Source: Blastocladiella emersonii ATCC 22665 (lineage: Eukaryota > Fungi > Blastocladiomycota). Taken from it: 64,000 nucleotides of DNA. The DNA lies in NCBI GenBank assembly GCA_025594325.1, contig JANHCV010000004.1, positions 1,674,001 through 1,738,000 of the forward strand, read 5' to 3'. Below are positions 46,734-58,800 of this stretch, one piece after another (positions within the stretch are counted from its first letter, which is position 1; the number at the start of each line of letters is the position of its first letter). The translations under genes and the position numbers were made by a program. Under the pieces are notes generated by a model. That model had not been told where the DNA came from, did not search any database, and saw only the letters and a list, made by a program, of their open reading frames with translations.

Positions 46734-47195
46734 ATGACCTTCGGCCCGATTTTCATCCCTGCCGTCCAGTCGCTGTCCCAGTCGCAGTTCCAGGGCCAGT
46801 GGGGCGGCAACGGCGCCCAGCAGCAGTCCCAGTCGCAGTCGCAGTCGCAGTTCCAGGGCCACAACTCGGTCGATCCCGCGCAGCAGCAGTCCCAGTCCCA
46901 GTCGCAGACCCAGTTTGGCGACCACGGCGCGCAGTCGCAGGCCCAGTCGCAGTGGCAGCAGAACCACGGCAGCGACGCCTTCCAGGCCCAGAACCAGTGG
47001 CAGCAGCAGGGCCAGACGGGCAACCACAGCTCGGTCGACCACGGCGGCCTGTTCAGCGGCGACCCGTCCACCTGGGACCCGTCGCCCGCGGACGGCGGCG
47101 ACTTCCACATCCTGCCCGTGTTCGACCACCCCAACGGCGTCGACTTTGGCAGCGACGCCACGGCCATCCTGCCCATCCACAACGGCCTCGCGTAA
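46734..47195 (+). CDS. Small Q/S/G-rich low-complexity (prion-like) protein, 153 aa
   Basis: Strong GC3 codon bias (CAG/TCG/TCC). Repeats of QQQSQSQSQ(S/T)QF. Acidic/aromatic C-terminal third. TATA box upstream. Confidence 0.85.
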   Translation: MTFGPIFIPAVQSLSQSQFQGQWGGNGAQQQSQSQSQSQFQGHNSVDPAQQQSQSQSQTQFGDHGAQSQAQSQWQQNHGSDAFQAQNQWQQQGQTGNHSSVDHGGLFSGDPSTWDPSPADGGDFHILPVFDHPNGVDFGSDATAILPIHNGLA

Positions 47196-48288
47196 GCGTC
47201 GCCGTCACGCCACCGCGGGCACTCCCGAGGTCGCTATTTGCTCTGAGAGCGCCTTGTACATAAAACTTGTCATGTTTCTCGATATCATATTTACCACATC
47301 GTCCTTCATGACATGTTGATCGCGTGCGGAAGCGAGAGAGAGAACGCGTCGCGGGCGCCACTCGAGGAGTGGAAGGCTCTTGAACTGTGCTTCCCCGCTC
47401 GCTGGACACCATGTAACGCTACCAACTTGACATGGAACCTCATGCAACGGGCTGCCGGTCGCCCGAAACCGTCTGCCGAGCCGTTGGCCCTCGATCGCTG
47501 CGTGTTAGTCGGCTCGACCCTCCGTGAGCGGCCTTCCCACGGCGTCGCACCCATATCACACTCTCAGCCGTTCAGTGCCCGACCGCTATATGCTCTGCCG
47601 ACATTGAGCTCGTCCTAGCTTATGGAGCGCATCGCTTGGCCTCCGCCTCGGCGTGCCGCGGGCCCGAGTGCGTTCGCCAGCACCCGCGATCGCGGCTCCT
47701 GGCGCCGCGACAGCGCCGCTGGCGCCAACAACGACGATTCTACCTCATTCAGCAGCTTTGCGCGCCGCGCGACGGCTCTTCGCACCTGGGCCTCGTCGTT
47801 GCCGTCTGCTTCGGCCACGGACATGAATAGGACCGCATCCAAAGCCTCGTGTATGTCGAATTGCCTCCTTCGGCGCTTGATCCGCTCGGTATCTTGACGA
47901 CCATGCTGGTAACTAGCCTGAACCTTCTTCAACAAGACTGGATGGTGCAAGTTTGGCGACAATTGCCGCTACTCACACGATTTCTCCCTAGTGGATCGCG
48001 AACCGGGCAAGAGTACGCGCTCCGGCTTCGTCGGCAGCGAATCAAGCGTTTTCTAACAGTCGTTCGCCTCCCAACGTGTAGCGCACCAGCAGCAGTGCGT
48101 CCACTTCCTCCGCGGCAACTGCCGCCACGGCGATCGGTGCCACTTCTCGCACGACGTTGGCCCCTCTTCGTCCATCGTCTTCTCCGCGGCTGCCTCGCCC
48201 AGGAGTACTGTTTGCACCATCGGTGACATTGCCAATGCGGTCCGCGACGTGATTCGGGCTCCAACCACGGCCGAGAGCCCCCGGGCGG

Positions 48289-49118
48289 TTGTACGTCATG
48301 CCGTCGCCCGCTCCTTCCAGTAGGCTCGTCGTCGTCAGCGACGCCGACCTGTGGCCGTTTGGTCTTGCTGACCTCGACGGGCAGCGGGCCGCCAAGTTCC
48401 TCGCCGAGGTCCTGCGCCAACTCGAGGATGATCCAGCTGGGTTGCTCTTCGCCCTCAATGCCGATTGCCGTGTCCTACGCGCCCTTCGCGAACTCGCACG
48501 CTGCGACGTCTACTCTACCAACCCGTACCTGGTCGGTGGCGAGCCGCTCTCGTTCCAGAACGTCCTGATGCCGCTCTCCTACGCCATTCTGCACCAGGCG
48601 CTCGAGGTGTCGACGCTCTTCGACAAGGTCGCGCTCGTCCGCGACACCGTGATCGACGCGACGGCAAACCTCGTCCGCCAGTTCCTCAAGTGCGCCCGCG
48701 CTGCCCTCAACACGCGCTCGCTCGTGGCACCCATGGCGCTCGAATACAACGACGACGATGTCGGCGCCAATTTCAGCCGTTCTCGTTTGCTTAGGCATTC
48801 ACGCCGATGCTCAAATACGTGCAACTCGTTGCGGCGCGCGACCCTGAACCGGCCGAGCTCAACGTGGTCCGCACCGCGCTCAAGGACGTCGAGAGCCTCA
48901 TTGACACATGCGAGCCCCTCGTCGACATGGAGGGCGACGACGCGTTCGCCGCCTTCGGGTCGCCGCGCGCCGTCGAGCTCGTCCGTGAGCTCCTCGCCAA
49001 GGCCGAGCACGCGCTCGCCGCTGCCGTCACGATTACTTCAACACGGACGACGTTGAACGAGCGACAACGTCATGCGACGACGTGCTGGGGAAGCTCAGCA
49101 GCTACGTCAGGCTTGTGA
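48289..49118 (+). pseudogene. Truncated gene fragment resembling the N-terminal region of fungal NFX1-type/ZNFX1-like SF1 helicases
   Basis: GC3-rich coding segment LLFALN...LRALRELARC...EPLSFQNVLMPL...STLFDKVALVRDTV, followed by a frame break at about 48760-48800. No helicase motifs follow. The resemblance (LSFQRVxLPL) is from memory only. Confidence 0.4.
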
Positions 49119-49706
49119 GATTCATGTATACACGCATCTTTCGCTGCTCTGTCGGATACACATGTCCAGCGCACCGCAGCCAGAGTTTTGGGTGGACCTT
49201 CGCAGTCGCCCCGTATGCCCACGCTCAAACTTGCACGCCTGCTGTGTGGTCACCGAGCAAGTGGGTCAGCGCGTGAGTACTCCGAGCAAGGGAGACTCCC
49301 GCTTTTGAGGTGAGAAGCGACAAAAATACTCGGCCTTGAGGCCACGCGCACGGATTCGGCAAGTCGCCGGGCCACACGTCGCGTGGCGCGACGCGTCTCG
49401 CACCCGTCACGTGATGTCTCGCGGTCAAATTCGGCCACGGAAGCAGGGCGGCTGCCCGGCCGTTCGGGCGTTTGGTGGGAGACATGCTCTTTGTTCGTCG
49501 AGAACAGGTACGTTCATCCGAAACTCACGGTCCGGATCAACGTCTTTTGCGTGAGAGGCATCGCGAACACGGCCGTGATCGCACACCAGGATTCCCCCCT
49601 GTGAGCCCCTTCGCTCCACCTGGATCAATGTATCTGCTGAACGAAGCATCAAGTAACTGCAAAGCCTCATTGCTGATATCGACACATCACCTGCGCTATC
49701 GCCACC

Positions 49707-50795
49707 ATGGCCGAACTCACTGAGGTTCGAGCGAGCCGAGTCGAAACCATACGACGAGCTCACACTCGCACGCACGAGTAGCAAGTGCTCCAATGGAGCC
49801 CCGTGAGTTTCTTCATGGGCGTGAACGTATGCATGTTTGCGAACACGACCAATCTCTGCATCTCGCTGTACCGAAAGAAGAAGTCTCGCTTCTTCCTGGC
49901 ACTCGCCGTCCTCTCGGCGTGTCGCATCGCCCACTGCGTTTTGATCCCGGTGCTCATCCGAGACGTTGGGATCGTGGGGCAGTGGTTGACACTCGCCACG
50001 TATCTGCAATGGGTTTTATCGACGGGGTTCACGGTCCTCAACATCACGCGCCTGCACCGAATGTGCGGAACGGCCATGCCGCGCGTCGTTCGCACGCTGG
50101 CGGTGCTGTCGGGGCTCTCGATCACCGTTTGCGGCGTGGCCGTGATCTGGTACCACGTCGTGCTGGCGACGTACGGGTTTAGCCCGCTGCTGCGTGCGCC
50201 GCGGACCATGATCGGCCGTACGTGTTTGATATCGCTGCTGTAAGCGGGACACTGATCGAGCGATCGTGTAGTGTGGGACCTGAGCGACGGGATCATCAAC
50301 GCGGCCATCAGCCTGACGTTCGTGATCCACCTGCAGAACCTGATCGCGGGCACGGCGGGGATGCCGACGATGCGGACGGGGATCGTCAAGCTGATCCACC
50401 GGGTGCAGATCATGCTCGCTTGCGAGTGCGTGCTCATCGTCATGGCCAACATTCTCCGCCTCATCAACACCCGGTGGGATCCCAACTGGGTCAGCATTCT
50501 CTTCGCCGAGTCGATCCGCCAGCGCATCTACTGCGTGTTCCTCAAGAGTCTGCACCGCGTCATGTCGAGTTCGGTCAAGTCGACGACGGGCGGCGGCGGG
50601 CACTCGCAGACGGCGTCCAACACGGGCCGCGGCTCCTCGACGACACAACAGTCGAGCGTGGCGCAGTCGCACGCGCACAACACGTCGGGTGACCTCCTGC
50701 GGCGCGTTCCGTCCGACGTCAAGACGCAGGAGGGGACGGGCACGCTGCTCAAGCCGCCGACGCTGCAGAAGTCGGCGCTGGCGTCGCCCTCCTGA
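49707..50795 (+). CDS. Uncharacterised 7-transmembrane (GPCR-like) protein, family copy 1
   Basis: Micro-exon MAELTE, introns 49725-49781 and 50218-50271. Seven hydrophobic segments, TM7-region motif WDPNWVSILFAESIRQR, Ser/Thr-rich cytoplasmic tail. Confidence 0.85.
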
Positions 50796-51654
50796 TTCCG
50801 TTATGGATGTGTTTATCGGGTGGCGGTAGTAGTCGATTAGTTGTTCATAAAGTATGGGTATGGTCGCGTAGTTCAAGTGCACGTGAGCGCGCCTCAGCCA
50901 CTCGTGCGAGCGTGGGACTCGGCGTCCCATGCCCGTGTCGAGAAGCATGCTCAGTGCGCCGATCTCCTTTTCTCTTCGCCATGGACCGCTTCGGTCACCG
51001 AGACCATGTCCATCACGCTGATCTTCCACTCCACTTGTCAGCTCGGAGCGCGAAGAATTCGTGCGATCCTGCTTCGGATCATGTCGAGGATCAGGCCACA
51101 CGCGTTGCGGTGTCCGGGTTCGCACGTCAAAACGGTGCGCAGCGAGGCGGGCCCACGTTGACCGCGGCGCGGTTCCCACGGGAAGTGCGATCGGCAAGGC
51201 CAAATGACAAGCGACGAGGCACCGGTTCTCGCTCCCTCGCGCGAGAGGTCGGGCGAGGCGAGGAGGCGAGCAGCGCCGGCGTCCGCGCACTCCTTCTCTT
51301 CGCGGAAGGCGGACCGGGCCCGCTCTGCACCTTGGACTCTGTGACTCTGACGCGGATCGACCCCGGCGAGGTCGATGGCCGGCTAGCTCCCTTCCCCGCC
51401 CGACGCTCTACCCTCACCTGCTGTGGTCGAATCCGATCACCCAGCGACGCATCTGCGGCGGCGCCTCTCGTGTCCGCGTTTCGAACCGCCACAGGCACCG
51501 GGTTCCGTTGCGCTGCTCGCGCCCACCGTTGCTCGCGGCGGCGCCCGACGCCCACGCTCCCCATTGCCGCGCCGCGTCGTGCTGCGCTGCGAATTCCGTG
51601 CGTCCTGCCCATTCGAGCCCGCGACGCTAGCTCCACCCGTTCGTTCCCGCCGCG

Positions 51655-53706
51655 ATGCTCGGCGAATCGCTCGAGTCGCCGCCGCGCCGGCCCGCGGGCG
51701 CCGCCGCTCCTCCTCCTTCGGCGCTTCCCACGCCGCCGTCCCCGCTCGCCCATCGGCCCGCCCACCATGCATCACCACCAGCTCATGCAACGGCCTCGCA
51801 CCACCACTATGCATCGACACTCGCGCCGGGGAAGCTCGCGTCTGCTGCCATGACCGCGACCGCCGCAGCTCCACCGCCGCCCGCCGTCGCCGAGTGGGCC
51901 GCGTGGATCGAGAGCCTCGTCGACGCACGGCTCCGCGCCATCGCGCCCGCGGCGGCATCGCCGTCGCCCGACTCGGCGGTCTCGCGGCCGTCGCGGCGGC
52001 AGGCGCACCACCGACGCGCGAGGCCGTGCCCGCCTCCGCCTCATCCGTCAGCACCTGCCGTTGCGGCGACGACGGTCTCAGTCGCCGTCGATCCACCACC
52101 CGCACCCAACGGGATCGCGCACGCTGTCGCTGGAGACAGCGACGACGGCTGGATCGACGTGCCGGATGACGGTGAGAGCTCGGCCGCCGACCGCCGCACC
52201 GCCGTCGCCGTCCACCACGCGGCACCTCCGGCTCGGGCACGCCCGCCGCCGCCTCAACCAGTACAACCTCAACCGGCACCTGCGACAGCCGCTGCAGCGT
52301 CACGCAGCCCATCCCCATCCTCGGCGGCGCGGCCCATGACCGTCGACCAGCTGCACGCGCTGTTCACCAAGTTCAAGGCGACTCGCGAGCGCAAGTACGC
52401 CCAGCTCGTCACCCACGTCCGCGCCGTGCAGGTCCTCGTCGCCCAGTGCTTTCTCGAGATCGAGGAGCTCAAGGCGCGTGGCAGCGGCCCCCCAAATCCT
52501 GCTGCACCGGCCGCTGCGACCGTCTCGTTCGCCGGCCTGCCCGACCAACCGACGGCAGCCCGCGTCCCGCCCGCGCGCCCGCCGCGCTCGTCCCCGCCCG
52601 CGCCGCCGCTCGCGCACCCGGACCTGTCGCCGAACGGGAGCAGTCCGCCGGCACCGCGCCTGTTCCCTGCCGCTCCCGTCGCCGCACCGGGCGCGTCGGC
52701 GTCGGGCAGCACCGCCACCCCCGCCGCCACGGGCCCGAGCATGCAGACCAGCACCATGGCCGCGCTAGCCCAGCTGCTCGAAATGTCCAGCCCGCTCATC
52801 TCGTCCTCGACCAAGCAGCCCGGCGGGAACGGGCAGCGGCACCACCGCGCGGTGGCCGAGTCGCTGATCGACGGCGTCGCCCCGCCACCCCCACCGTCTG
52901 CTGCCCCGACGCGCCGCGGATGGCCGGCTACCGCCGCTGTCTCGCGCCCGCTGCTGCTGAGCACTGGGAACAGCCCGCGATCGCCAAGGGTCCGGATCGC
53001 CGTGCCGGGGAGTACCGGGAGCCCGCGCGTCCGCAGCGCGGGGCTCGCGTCGCACCACCACCACGCCGCGACGGCGCGTAGGTCGACGACGGGAAGCGGG
53101 CTCGCGACCCCGTCGCTCCGCGCGCAGTCGCTCGGCGGGAGCGTGGACATGGCGGGCGAGGCGGGCGGGTACGCGGCGCCCCCGCCCCCACCGCCACTGC
53201 CGGCATCAGCGCGGAAACGCGTGTCGATCGAGACGCCTCCACCACCACCATCATCCAGCGCCGGCGGCGCAGCGACATGGACAACGCCGCCTTCAGCCCC
53301 ACCACCACGGTCTCAACAACAGCAAGAGACCCGCGCCGCGCTCACCGCCGCCTTCGCCCCGCCGACGTCGTCGCGCAGCGCCGTGGCCGGGCGCGGCGGG
53401 TCGTCGAGCTGGCCCACCGGGTACTCCGACCACCGGCAGGCCGCGGCGCCGATGTACCACGGGTACCAGCCGGCGGCGGCCCAGCACGCGCGGTACGCGT
53501 CCACGGCTTCGGCGCCGTCATCGGGATCGCCGGCGCCGCCACATCTCGCGTGGCCGTCGCTGTCGCGGCACGCCATGGGACACTACGGCAGTGGTTCGGA
53601 GTCGGGGACGCCGCCGCAGCCGCCACCATCCCAAGCGCAGGCGCAGCAGCATCGGCCGCGACAGCAGTACCCGCCACAACCGCCACCAGCAAGCGGGCGA
53701 GGATGA
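51655..53706 (+). CDS. Pro/Ala/Ser-rich disordered protein with a central coiled coil, 683 aa
   Basis: Long ORF with GC3 bias. Helical islands WAAWIESLVDARL and MTVDQLHALFTKFKATRERKYAQLVTHVRAVQVLVAQCFLEIEELK. No family recognised. Confidence 0.7.
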   Translation: MLGESLESPPRRPAGAAAPPPSALPTPPSPLAHRPAHHASPPAHATASHHHYASTLAPGKLASAAMTATAAAPPPPAVAEWAAWIESLVDARLRAIAPAAASPSPDSAVSRPSRRQAHHRRARPCPPPPHPSAPAVAATTVSVAVDPPPAPNGIAHAVAGDSDDGWIDVPDDGESSAADRRTAVAVHHAAPPARARPPPPQPVQPQPAPATAAAASRSPSPSSAARPMTVDQLHALFTKFKATRERKYAQLVTHVRAVQVLVAQCFLEIEELKARGSGPPNPAAPAAATVSFAGLPDQPTAARVPPARPPRSSPPAPPLAHPDLSPNGSSPPAPRLFPAAPVAAPGASASGSTATPAATGPSMQTSTMAALAQLLEMSSPLISSSTKQPGGNGQRHHRAVAESLIDGVAPPPPPSAAPTRRGWPATAAVSRPLLLSTGNSPRSPRVRIAVPGSTGSPRVRSAGLASHHHHAATARRSTTGSGLATPSLRAQSLGGSVDMAGEAGGYAAPPPPPPLPASARKRVSIETPPPPPSSSAGGAATWTTPPSAPPPRSQQQQETRAALTAAFAPPTSSRSAVAGRGGSSSWPTGYSDHRQAAAPMYHGYQPAAAQHARYASTASAPSSGSPAPPHLAWPSLSRHAMGHYGSGSESGTPPQPPPSQAQAQQHRPRQQYPPQPPPASGRG

Positions 53707-53790
53707 TGCTGTCGACGATGATGATGTTGCCTAACCGTCATATATTCCATCTGCACCCCCACAACACTTATCAGTACACTCGCCCTCCAC

Positions 53791-55646
53791 TCAGTTCCCC
53801 CCTTCCGCAAGATGCTCCAGCACGCCCGACTCAACGATTCCGCGCCAATCCTCGCGGCGCATCGCGCCGACGGGTCCTGCGACCGCCTGCACCATTTCCT
53901 TGACGTACGCGGGCCGGCGCATGCCCACGAGCGTGGCCCCGGGGACGTGTGCGCGCGCGCCGCCCTGGACTAGCGCCAGGCTCACGGTCGGCAGCGGCGC
54001 GTCGCGCGGCCACCGGTTCGGCGCGTACAGCGCCAGCAGGTCGCGCGACGAGCGGTGGTGCACGACGCCCGCGGCGTGGGCGAGTGCGGTTAGGGTGCTG
54101 GTGAGCGCGGTCAGGGTCTACAATGTTACGGGAGTGTGAGACGTGGAGCTGGGAGTGCGAAAGGAGAGTTGCGTACGGCGAGATAGTCCTTGACCCACGC
54201 GTCCACCTCCTCGCGCGCCGCGGGCTCAGCGGCCGCGATCAGCTTGGCGGTATCCTCGCGCGCGGCGGCGAGGACCTGGCGCTCGAGGTAGAAGCGCGCG
54301 CCGACCTCGTTCGCCAGCAGCTTGTCGAGGGTCTCGGGCAGCACGCCGCCCCACAGGAACCGGTTGGCGAGTTCCGAGTCGTCGACTACATGGGGCAGGG
54401 TCAGGCGCTGGTTCGGGACGCGACGGGGAAAAGCGGACGCACCCTGCTCAATGAGCGTCTCCTCGAGCGTCGCGAGCTTGGTCAGGTGCTGGGACAGCTC
54501 CTCGGTGAGCGCGTTGGTGTCGAGGTCGCCGTCGGGCAGCTGCAGGTGCGCGTACTGCGGGTCGACCGAGGTCGCGAGCCGCAGCACGCCGCGCGGCGAG
54601 ATGGCCGTGATCAGCCGGTGCGTGAACAGGGCCAGGTCGTGTTCCTACACGGACGGCTCGCGCTGTGAGACTCTCTGCTGTTCGAAAGAAGGCCGAAGTG
54701 CAGCGCACCATGACGCGGTCAAGGAACTTGTCCTCGAGAAACCTGGTCTCGCACAGGTTCGCCGGCACCTGGACGCCGTGCCAGTACTTGCTGAGATCAC
54801 TCGACTTCGCGAGCACCGCGTCAGGGATCGCCCACCGCGCGTCCGTGGACGTGACGCCGAACCCGCCGATCCGCCCGGCCTCGCACTCGGTTGCGAGGTA
54901 CTCGAAGGTGCGCGCGAGCTGCGTCTCGAGCTGCGCGGCCGTCATGCCGCCCGCGAGCATGCGCTCGGGGCAGTTGAGCATGAACAGGTCAACCTTATTC
55001 ACGCCGAGCCGGCCGAGACTTCCGTCGAGCTGCGCCTTGATCGCGGCGGGATCCACCGTGTGCCCGACGGCGCCCGCGCCCGACCCGACGGCGTGCACGG
55101 CGTCCGGGTTCACGCCCGCGCGCGCCAGCTCCTCGGCGACGTGCGGCGTCACGAACCCGGCTTTCGTGATCAGGTACACGCTGTCGCGCTTGGGCGCAGC
55201 GGGACCGCGGAGCAGGGCGCCGACCGCGCGCTCGCTCGCACCGTCGCCAAAGTGCGCGGCCGTGTCAATCACGTTGACGCCCGCGCTCACGGCGTCGCCG
55301 AGCGCGCGCATGTGGTCGGGCGTCGCCTCGTTGATCCGGTACGCGCCGAACCCGAGCGTCGAGATCACCTGGCCTGCAGCGCGGCGTTGTCGTTGGTGTG
55401 AGTGGGGCACGGCGAAAGACCGAGGAAAGGCAGGCAGCACCCACCCGTCTTGGGGATCCGGTTGACAAAGTCGCCCGCCGCGCCAAACTCCTCGTCGGGC
55501 TCGCCGCCGAACAGCGTCGTCGCGGTCCGCCGCGGCGATACGAGGAGCGGGCGGATGGCGCGGCCCGCGAGTGGCCTGGTTCGCGCGACGAAGGCGGCAG
55601 TGGCTCGGCGACGCGTGGCCGCGAGCGAGTGCATGGTGCGATACAT
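53791..55646 (-). CDS. Aldo-keto reductase-fold protein (large bacterial-like subtype), possible mitochondrial presequence, catalytic Tyr/His substituted
   Basis: ISTLGFGAYR, GVNVIDTAAHFGDGASE, LITKAG, QLDGSLGRLGVNKVDLFMLNCPE, GGFGVTS, GATLVGMRRPAYV. About three introns are inferred. Confidence 0.85.
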
Positions 55647-55826
55647 GGTTTGTGTAGAGGATCAGGGAGAGAGGAGAGAGGGAGGGTGAGGTCCGCGGAC
55701 TTGTCCTTGGCGAGCGATCTCTCGAGCGTCACGCTGCCGACGACGTTCCTCGCACCCGACCCCACCACGAAGCACATCTCCTTTGGGCCAGGGCGCACTG
55801 CGACTCCCTGCACTCGGCGGCCCACC

Positions 55827-58800
55827 ATGATGAATCCCGCGACCAAGGACTTTATGGGGAAACCCGCGCCGCCGGGCTACATCGCCGGGCTGGGCCGAGG
55901 GTGAGTTCCTCCCTGATGCGCGATCGATGAACGGAATGGGCCCTGACCGCGATCCCTCTTCGCGCGTGTGTAGAGCGACGGGCTTCACGACGCGGTCCGA
56001 CATCGGTCCGGCGCGCGAGGCCTCGCTCGCGGCGCTGCAAAAGGACCGCGAGCAGGGCGACGGCGGCGCTGGCGGCGACGACGAGCGGTTCGCCGATGAC
56101 CCGGACAACGAAACGGGTCTGTTCAACTCGCTGCCGTACGAGGCCGACGACGAGGAGGCGGACCGCGCGTTCGGCGCCGTCGACGACCGCATGGCCGCGC
56201 GTCGCAACAAGCAGCGCGTGCAGCGCGAGAACGAGCTCAAGAAGACGCTGGCGCGCGAGCGGCCAAAGATCACCGAGCAGTTTGCCGACGCCAAGCGCGA
56301 GCTGGCGAGTGTCTCGCTCGAGGAGTGGGACGCGATCCCTGACGCGACCAACCTGTCGCGCCGGAAGACGAAAAAGGACCTCGGCCGCGAGCGGTTCGTC
56401 CCCGTCCCTGACTCGGTCCTGTCGGGCGCACGCGCCTCGGTCGAGGTCTCCAGCACCGTCGTCGACGGCACCAAGACCGACTTTGTCGAGATGGGCGAGG
56501 CGCGCGACCGCGTACTCGGCGTCAAGCTGGACCAGGTCTCCGACTCGGTCTCGGGCCAGACCGTCGTCGACCCCAAGGGGTACCTCACCGACCTCAACTC
56601 CATGGGCGTCAAGTCCATGTCCGACATCAGGTCCGTGCCTTCCATCCCGCGCAGTTCTCTTCGACTGACGGACCCGCTGCGCGAGTGTAGCGATATCAAG
56701 AAGGCGCGGTTGCTGCTCAAGTCCCTCACCACGACCAACCCGACCAACTCGGAGGGCTGGATCGGGTACGCGCGCATGGAGGAGCTCGCCGGCCGCCTCG
56801 TCCAGGCCCGCTCCATCATCGCCAAGGGCTGCGAGAACTGCCCCAAGAGCGAGGACGTGTGGCTCGAGGCCGCGCGACTCAACGTACGTTTTTTTTTTGT
56901 TGCTGTTGCAATCGCTCACTCGACCTCCATCTGACTTTCCCAACTCGCGTCCGTGTAGACCATCGACAACGCCAAGGTGATCCTCGCGCGCGCCGCGCTG
57001 CAGCTGCCGAATAGCGTCAAGATCTGGCAGCACGCGGCCAACCTCGAGGCCAACGCCGACGTGCGCAAGCGCGTGATCCGGCGCGCGCTCGAGAAGATCC
57101 CCAAGTCGGTGACGCTGTGGCGCGCCGCCATCGACCTCGAGGAGACGGCCGGCGACGCCCTCATCATGCTGCGCCAGGCCGTGCAGCAGATCCCGCAGGA
57201 GGTGGACATGTGGCTGACGCTCGCCAAGCTCGAGACCTACGACAACGCCCGCAAGGTTCTCAACACGGCTCGCAAGCAGATCCCGACGTCGCACGAGATC
57301 TGGATCGCTGCCGGTATGCTCGAGGAGTCCCAGGGCAACGTCGCGAGCGTCAACATGATCATCAGCAAGGGGATCCAGACGCTCGCCGCCAAGGGGTTCA
57401 CCATGTCCCGCGAAAAGTGGCTCGACGAGGCCGTCGCGTGCGAGGAGGCCGAGGCCGTGCATACCTGCCGCGCCATCATGTACGCTTTGCGGTACTGCCT
57501 GGCTCGTACAAGCCCGCTGACTGGAGTCCGCGTGCGCGTGTAGCTCCAACACGATCGGTCTCGAGCTCGAGCAGGAGGACTGGAAATCGACGTGGGTCGC
57601 TGACGCCGAATCGGTACGCCTCCACCGCTACGCACCACGTCGCCCGGCAACTGACACCCGCTCTCCTGCGCTCCCCGTAGTGCATCGCCAAGAAGCACAT
57701 CGAGTGCGCGCGCGCCATCTACAAGCACGCGGTCGCACACCTGCCGACGAAAAAGTCCCTCTGGCGCTCGGCGGCCTTCCTGGAGATGGAGCACGGCACG
57801 CGGGACGCGCTGCTCGCGCTCCTCGAGTCGGCCGTGGCGCAGGTCCCGCACGACGAGGTGCTGTGGCTCATGGCGGCCAAGGAGCAGTGGAAGGCGGGCG
57901 ACCTCGACGCGGCGCGCAAGACCCTGGTGCGCGCGTTCCAGGCCAACCCGTCGTCGCCCGAGATCTGGCTCGCCGCCGTCAAGCTCGAGCAGGAGAACGG
58001 CGAGTACGACCGCGCCCAGGCCTTCCTCACGCGCGCTCGGCAGCAGGCCGGCAAGGAGCCCCGCGTCTGGATGAAGTCGGCCGTCCTCGAGCGCATCCGC
58101 GGGGATCTCGGAGCCGCGATCGACCTGCTTAAGGTCGCTGTTGAGCGGTTCCCCACGTACGCCAAGCTGTGGATGATCTGGGGCCAGATCGAGGAGCAGC
58201 GCGGCAACATTGCTGCGGCGCGCAACGTGTTCGAGATGGCGGTACGTTCGCTACCTCGCTGAACGCGCGGCCCATCTCTCCACTCACTTTCTTGCCTTCA
58301 CTCCCGTCTAGTTCAAGCACGCGCCCAAGTCGATCCCACTATGGATCTGCGCGGCGCAGCTCGAGGAGCGCGCCGGGATCCTCGCTCGGTCGCGCGCGCT
58401 CCTCGACCGCGCGCGGCTCATCAACCCGAACACGCCGGCGCTGTGGCACGAGGCGATTGACATGGAGCACCGCGCGGGGAACACGGCCATGGCGCGGTCG
58501 CTCATGTCCAAGTCGCTGCAGGAGTGCCCGACGTCGGGCCTGCTGTGGGGCCAGTCCATCTTCCTCGAGCAGCGGCCCGCGCGCCGCGCGCGGTCCGTCG
58601 ACGCCCTCAAGCGGTGCGGCGAGTCGGACGCGGCCGTCATCCTCGCGGTCGCGCGCTTCTTCTGGACCGAGCGCAAGCTCGACAAGGCGCGCAACTGGCT
58701 CGAGCGCGCGGTCCTCGCCGACGCAGACAACGGCGACGCGTGGGCGTACTGGTACCGGTTCGAGGTCGAGCACGGGACGGCCGAGCAGCAGAACGAGGTC

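Noticed and set aside
47615-47962. 115-aa minus-strand ORF, and the similar coding-like patch at about 41500-42050
   Set aside because: No recognisable family and inconsistent codon bias. They are probably relics, but the sequence alone cannot support a call.
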